Below, piece after piece: positions 44,614 through 48,461 of a stretch of 48,461 bases of DNA; the first letter of the stretch is position 1, and every line of letters begins with the position of its first letter. Position numbers and translations under genes: made by a program. The notes beneath the pieces are model-generated. The model was not told where the DNA came from. It saw only the letters and a list, made by a program, of their open reading frames with translations, and did not search any database. The DNA comes from Methanomicrobiales archaeon (GTDB taxonomy: Archaea > Halobacteriota > Methanomicrobia > Methanomicrobiales > JACTUA01): NCBI GenBank assembly GCA_035542895.1, contig DATKKN010000005.1, forward strand, positions 1 through 48,461, given 5' to 3'.

Positions 44614-45570
44614 ATGGACCTCCCTCTCCTTCCCTCCGCTCTTCAGGGAGGCGGCTTTCTGGAAGCATACAAGAGGTTCTGTTACCGGTGCGGGAAATTC
44701 CTGGAGCACCGGCCCAACGACCGGATCGCCCGGCTCCTCTACCAGGCCGACCTTGAGATGACGCCCGGCATCTTCCTCTCTATCTGGTTCGGGACCGCCA
44801 TTCTCGCGTCCATCGGGGGTTTTGCCGCGTCCCTTCTCCTCTTCGCCTCACCTTTTTCCCCTTTCTCTGTTGATACCCCCCTCCTCTCAATACCCTGGTT
44901 ACCTGTTTCTGTCGAGGGACCCCTTCCCTACATCCTGATCATGTCAGCCACGGTTGCAGGGATATCCTTTGGCTCGTTCCCCTTCTACCTCCAGAACCTG
45001 ATCACGAACAAGAAAATGGACATCGAGCGCCAGATCCCGTACGCCCTCGCGTTCATGTCCATCCTTGCCTCCTCCGGTGAGACGCCCCTTGACGTCATAA
45101 GAAGGGTCGCCCTCGAGGATTACGGCCATATCTCCCGGGAGTTCGGAAAGGTGATCTTCCGGGTGGATATCCTCGGAGAAGACGCAGTCTCGGCCATGAA
45201 CGATCTCATCATCTACACCCCGTCGGAGATCTTCCGGGGAATCTGCATCGACATCACGAACATCATGTACGGGGGAGGTGGCCTTACCGAGTACCTTGCT
45301 GCGAAGTCCCGGGACCTCATGGCCCTCAGGCGCCAGGCCTACCGGGAGTTTGTGGAGTCACTTTCCATCTTCGCCGAGGGATACCTGGGAGGTGTCGTGA
45401 TGACAATCACCCTCGCGGTCCTCGGGATCATCATTGGCGGGGCCCTAAGCATCGAGCTCGGACCATTCCCCCCGGGGCAGCTCCTCATGATCCTCATCTA
45501 TGCCGTTACACCGATCATCAACATCGTCTTCCTCCAGGTGCTTTCGGTCAAGTACTCGACCAACCCGTGA
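44614..45570 (+). CDS. Half-size type IV pilus platform protein, one T2SSF domain (EpdJ/TadB-like)
   Basis: T2SSF domain: 'IERQIPYALAFMSILASSGETPLDVIRRVALEDYGHISREFGKVIFRVDILGEDAVSAMNDL'. TM helices flank it. The stop overlaps the next start (GTGA at 45567-45570). Confidence 0.8.
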   Translation: MDLPLLPSALQGGGFLEAYKRFCYRCGKFLEHRPNDRIARLLYQADLEMTPGIFLSIWFGTAILASIGGFAASLLLFASPFSPFSVDTPLLSIPWLPVSVEGPLPYILIMSATVAGISFGSFPFYLQNLITNKKMDIERQIPYALAFMSILASSGETPLDVIRRVALEDYGHISREFGKVIFRVDILGEDAVSAMNDLIIYTPSEIFRGICIDITNIMYGGGGLTEYLAAKSRDLMALRRQAYREFVESLSIFAEGYLGGVVMTITLAVLGIIIGGALSIELGPFPPGQLLMILIYAVTPIINIVFLQVLSVKYSTNP

Positions 45571-46883
45571 TCCGCATGACGACCTCCTTCGAATCCTTCA
45601 AGATCCGGTACGACCTGAAGAGGACGTACTTCACTCTCCTCATTCCGGTCGTCCTCGCCATTCTCATCGTCGCCATTCCCCTGGTTTCGGGTCTGACCCA
45701 AGTCCAGGACAAGAGCACGGAGGTGCAGGACGAGAGGATGAAGGCTTACGAAGAGCTCGTGAGGGCCGTGGGGGATGGGGGGAGCATGGGACTCCCGCCC
45801 GAGACAAAGGAAAAGCAGGGGCCAGCCATTCCCCTTGACTTCCTCGTTATCTTCGGGGTACTTGTGGCCATCACTCCGTTTGCAATCGACATGACCCTCT
45901 ACAAGAGAAGGCTCCGGCAGAAGGAGGAGCTCTTCGCCGAGTTCCTCTTCAAGCTCTCTGAGCTCATGCGCGGGGGCCTCGACCCGGTGAAGGCGGTCAC
46001 GGAGCTTGCCCGGACCGACCTCGGGGCCCTCACCGGTGATGTCCAGATCGCGGCCACTGGCCTCACCTTCGGGAAAACCTTCGATGAAGCGATGCGGGAG
46101 ATGGCCCACAGTATGGGAAGCGACCTTATCAGGCGCTATGTTGAACTGGTTATCCAGGCTTCAACGAGCGGCGGGTCGGTCTCGGACCTGATACTCCGGG
46201 CCTCGGAGGACATGCGCTCCATCATTGCCATCGAGCGCGAAAAGGAGGGGAACCTGGCCCAGTATACCTTCATCTTCTACTTCGCCCAGGCAATCCTCGT
46301 CTTCATCGCGTACACCCTCTCCGCGAACCTCCTCACCTATGTCCAGCAGCTCGGATCCCAGACCATTTTCGGTGAGAACCAGATCGCCAACCTGAATTTC
46401 CGGCAGGGCTTCTTTCACCTCCTCATGATAAATTCCTTTTTCGGGGGACTGATCATTGGTAAGATATCCGAAGGAGAGGCGAAGTATGGCCTCAAACATG
46501 CAGTGATCCTTATGGTGACCTGCCTTATCGCCTGCACCATATTCATCCTCCCGGTACCGAAACCTGTAGTCTCGCAGAACCTCACCATCTCCGTGATCTC
46601 GGGCGACGGGCAGAAGGGGATTCCTGGCCTCTCCCTCCCGGAAGGCATCAGCTTCCAGGTGACCGACAAGGAGGGAAACCCCATGAAAGACATCGAAGTT
46701 ACCTTTACCGTGAACCCGAGTGGGAAGGCAACGCCCCCACGGGACGGGACCAATGGAGAAGGGATAACCACGGTCAATGTACAGCTCGGAACCTCCCCGG
46801 GTATTTACCGCATCATTGCCGAGGCAGAAGGCATGACAGCCCAAGCGAACGTCACAGCCTTAAGTGAAGGTGGAGGCGGGTAA
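45567..46883 (+). CDS. Half-size type IV pilus platform protein, one T2SSF domain (EpdK/TadC-like), fused to a C-terminal Big/Ig-like domain
   Basis: T2SSF domain: 'FAEFLFKLSELMRGGLDPVKAVTELARTDLGALTGDVQIAATGLTFGKTFDEAMREMA'. C-terminal domain: 'ISVISGDGQKGIPGLSLPEGISFQVTDKEGNPMKDIEVTFTV...GITTVNVQLGTSPGIYRIIAEAEG'. An alternative ATG lies at 45576. Confidence 0.8.
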   Translation: MIRMTTSFESFKIRYDLKRTYFTLLIPVVLAILIVAIPLVSGLTQVQDKSTEVQDERMKAYEELVRAVGDGGSMGLPPETKEKQGPAIPLDFLVIFGVLVAITPFAIDMTLYKRRLRQKEELFAEFLFKLSELMRGGLDPVKAVTELARTDLGALTGDVQIAATGLTFGKTFDEAMREMAHSMGSDLIRRYVELVIQASTSGGSVSDLILRASEDMRSIIAIEREKEGNLAQYTFIFYFAQAILVFIAYTLSANLLTYVQQLGSQTIFGENQIANLNFRQGFFHLLMINSFFGGLIIGKISEGEAKYGLKHAVILMVTCLIACTIFILPVPKPVVSQNLTISVISGDGQKGIPGLSLPEGISFQVTDKEGNPMKDIEVTFTVNPSGKATPPRDGTNGEGITTVNVQLGTSPGIYRIIAEAEGMTAQANVTALSEGGGG

Positions 46884-46890
46884 TATTCCT

Positions 46891-47499
46891 TCACCCGTAC
46901 CGCTCGCGGGGATCGATGAGGATTCCCTGCTCGGTGAGGGTAAAAGGGATCATCCGGTCGATGGGCAGATAGCCCTGCATCTTGGGGACATGGATGAAAC
47001 GCCGGATCTTCTCCCCCTCCCGCTCGGCCAGGAACTGGACTACCCCATCGGCTATGGATCGGGCGAGGTGCTCTTGGGCAGATGGGAGGATACCCATCTC
47101 AGAAAGAAGGAGTATCGTCCTCCCTGGCCGGGCCGCCCGGGCCATATCGGAGATGGTACGCCTCATTTCCCCGAGGGAATCCTCGACGTGGAAGAAGGGA
47201 AGGGAGTCGAAGACTGCGACAACATCGTCATGAAGGCCGATCCTCCTCCAGTCCGAAACCTCCTCAATGATCTCCATCCCCTCTCCCTCGATGCCGAACC
47301 CCTCCAGGATCTTCTGGACATCCTCCCGGGGCCCGTGAGTGATGTACATCACCCTCCTGCCTTTCTTCAGGGCGTCGCGGGCCATGGATAGGGCATAGAT
47401 AGCCTGGACCCCACCCGTCTCGCCTTCCACGAGAACAAGCCTCTGTCCTGCAAGGAACTCGAAACCGAGGATGGTGGCCATCCCGGGATTATTTATCAC
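46891..47499 (-). CDS. KaiC/FlaH-like RecA-superfamily protein with a degenerate Walker A
   Basis: 'RLVLVEGETGGVQAIYALSMA' sits where FlaH/KaiC have GxxGxGK[ST]; here Lys-Ser/Thr are replaced by Val-Gln. 'DVVAVFDSL' is Walker B-like. The C-terminal 'IRRFIHVPKMQG' is typical of KaiC-like modules. Confidence 0.7.
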   Translation of the reverse strand: MINNPGMATILGFEFLAGQRLVLVEGETGGVQAIYALSMARDALKKGRRVMYITHGPREDVQKILEGFGIEGEGMEIIEEVSDWRRIGLHDDVVAVFDSLPFFHVEDSLGEMRRTISDMARAARPGRTILLLSEMGILPSAQEHLARSIADGVVQFLAEREGEKIRRFIHVPKMQGYLPIDRMIPFTLTEQGILIDPRERYG

Positions 47500-47783
47500 C
47501 CCCTCACTTAAGCGCTCCGCTAGTACAGGCCCCGGTTTGCTACTGAGAGAGTGGCAAAATATAGAGAATATAGAGTGTTAAAGCCGGTGCACCGGCAAAT
47601 CTCTCGTTCCAATCGATGACCTGCAAACATAAAACATCCAATTGATCGTTGTTAAAACTGCCGGTTTAGATGAGAGACTATTTATACTATTACATAAATA
47701 TAACCTCATTGCATTTCCATCACACAATTGTAACCGGGTGGGGGAAACCCTCCCCTGCTCGGGGTCTGCACTCTGTGACCGGC

Positions 47784-48227
47784 ATGAAGTTGTTCAAAGA
47801 GCTCCTTGAACGCCCCTCGGTCATCGCTTTCATCCCGGCCCTCGCGGTCATCTTCGATTACACCATGACCCTGACCTTCTCCGGCGGGAGAGAGGCCATC
47901 ATTGCTCTCGAGTATTCACCTGTCCTGAAAGCCGCGATGGCTGGAAACCTTTTCATTCCCTGCCTCGCCGCCCTCGCGATCGGGTATTATAGTATGGGTT
48001 ACCTGGCGCTCCAGGGCCTGAAGAAGACCCGATATTACCCGTTCGGGGTTCTCCTCATCATCCTTATCGGTTCCACTCATATCACCGGAGGGTTCTCCTG
48101 GATCGTGCGGAACTCCAACTTCTCCCGGGGAGTCCTTCTCATCGCCGCCGCAGGGATCGCCATCGCGGTCTGGACCTTTGTCCTCGCGCTGAAGAACCTC
48201 AGGGCACGGACCGCTTCGGCCTCCTGA
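47784..48227 (+). CDS. Four-TM membrane protein, DUF5658-like (paralog C)
   Basis: The ATG at 47784 gives 'MKLFKELLERPSVIAFIPALAVIFDYTMTL...'. It aligns along its length with the protein at 38442..38951. Confidence 0.65.
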   Translation: MKLFKELLERPSVIAFIPALAVIFDYTMTLTFSGGREAIIALEYSPVLKAAMAGNLFIPCLAALAIGYYSMGYLALQGLKKTRYYPFGVLLIILIGSTHITGGFSWIVRNSNFSRGVLLIAAAGIAIAVWTFVLALKNLRARTASAS

Positions 48228-48228
48228 A

Positions 48229-48277
48229 TCTCTATAGCATCTCATATTCTCTATAGTCTCTATCAGTAATCTCTATA
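48229..48277. repeat. Cluster of four direct TCTCTAT(A/C) motifs immediately after the stop codon; two inverted copies lie upstream of the same gene
   Basis: TCTCTATA at 48229, 48248 and 48270, and TCTCTATC at 48257. The inverted TATAGAG(A) occurs at 47560 and 47569. The 12-nt ATATTCTCTATA (48244-48255) is the exact reverse complement of TATAGAGAATAT (47560-47571). Confidence 0.8.
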
Positions 48278-48461
48278 CTCTCAGGCATGCTCTCATAGTA
48301 AGGGGAAGTGTATCAGGATCATGAGCCCTGCGTACCGGAACCATGGCCTTGAAAGGCCCCTTCATTCCTCCTTCCATCCAACCGGGGACCCCACTGCTCC
48401 CGGACCGGAGATCCTTCTGCCAGGAAAGGAGGATCCGTCACCGAAATCCGGCGTGCGCACC

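Noticed and set aside
1-48461. tRNA, rRNA, SRP or RNase P RNA genes in the intergenic regions
   Set aside because: I scanned the intergenic spacers by eye. These were 3430-3657, 4620-5129, 21715-22059, 30220-30516, 33831-34170, 35564-35762, 36930-37171, 40527-40710, 41200-41641, 43200-43457, 47500-47783 and 48228-48461. None showed a cloverleaf-compatible acceptor/T-arm pattern or other recognisable RNA gene signatures. A tRNAscan or Rfam run would be needed for certainty.

Overview
High-GC archaeal chromosomal segment, most consistent with a Methanomicrobia-class methanogen. This taxonomic call is an inference from gene content: an archaeosortase, DUF354, DUF1616, an AglH-type GT4 transferase, a class-III-signal pilin and split EpdJ/K-type pilus platform genes. 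I support about 45 CDS. I recognised no rRNA, tRNA, CRISPR array, transposase or integrase. The many long ORFs antisense to real genes are high-GC artefacts. The window has three blocks. (1) Roughly 4.0-30.2 kb is a cell-surface / glycan island. It holds a divergently transcribed archaeosortase and a single PEF-CTERM substrate, a Wzx-like flippase, two FemAB-like acyltransferases, a CapK/PaaK-type adenylating enzyme and a 1351-aa polytopic membrane protein. It also holds two inverted LVIVD beta-propeller paralogs, DUF1616 pieces and an AglH-like priming transferase. (2) Roughly 30.5-38.3 kb is housekeeping or stress-related: EamA and APC transporters, a rhodanese, a membrane Lon-type S16 peptidase, MscL, a YqjD/YqjE-like triad, a BofA-like protein and a thioredoxin. 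It includes a structured 50/45-bp tandem repeat array at 33.9-34.1 kb. (3) Roughly 38.4-48.2 kb contains three paralogous small membrane proteins, a visibly lower-GC insert, and an Epd/Tad-like type IV pilus module. That module has a pilin, two half-size platform genes and a KaiC-like protein with a degenerate P-loop, but no FlaI/PilB-type ATPase in the window. The best candidate for an undescribed system is the five-gene, translationally coupled minus-strand operon at 22.7-28.7 kb inside block 1. It encodes a BshC-like ligase, a PIG-L deacetylase, a DUF354 GT-B-like protein, a CE4 deacetylase and a FemAB-like transferase. This reproduces the glycosylate / de-N-acetylate / ligate logic of bacillithiol and mycothiol synthesis inside an archaeal surface-glycan locus.
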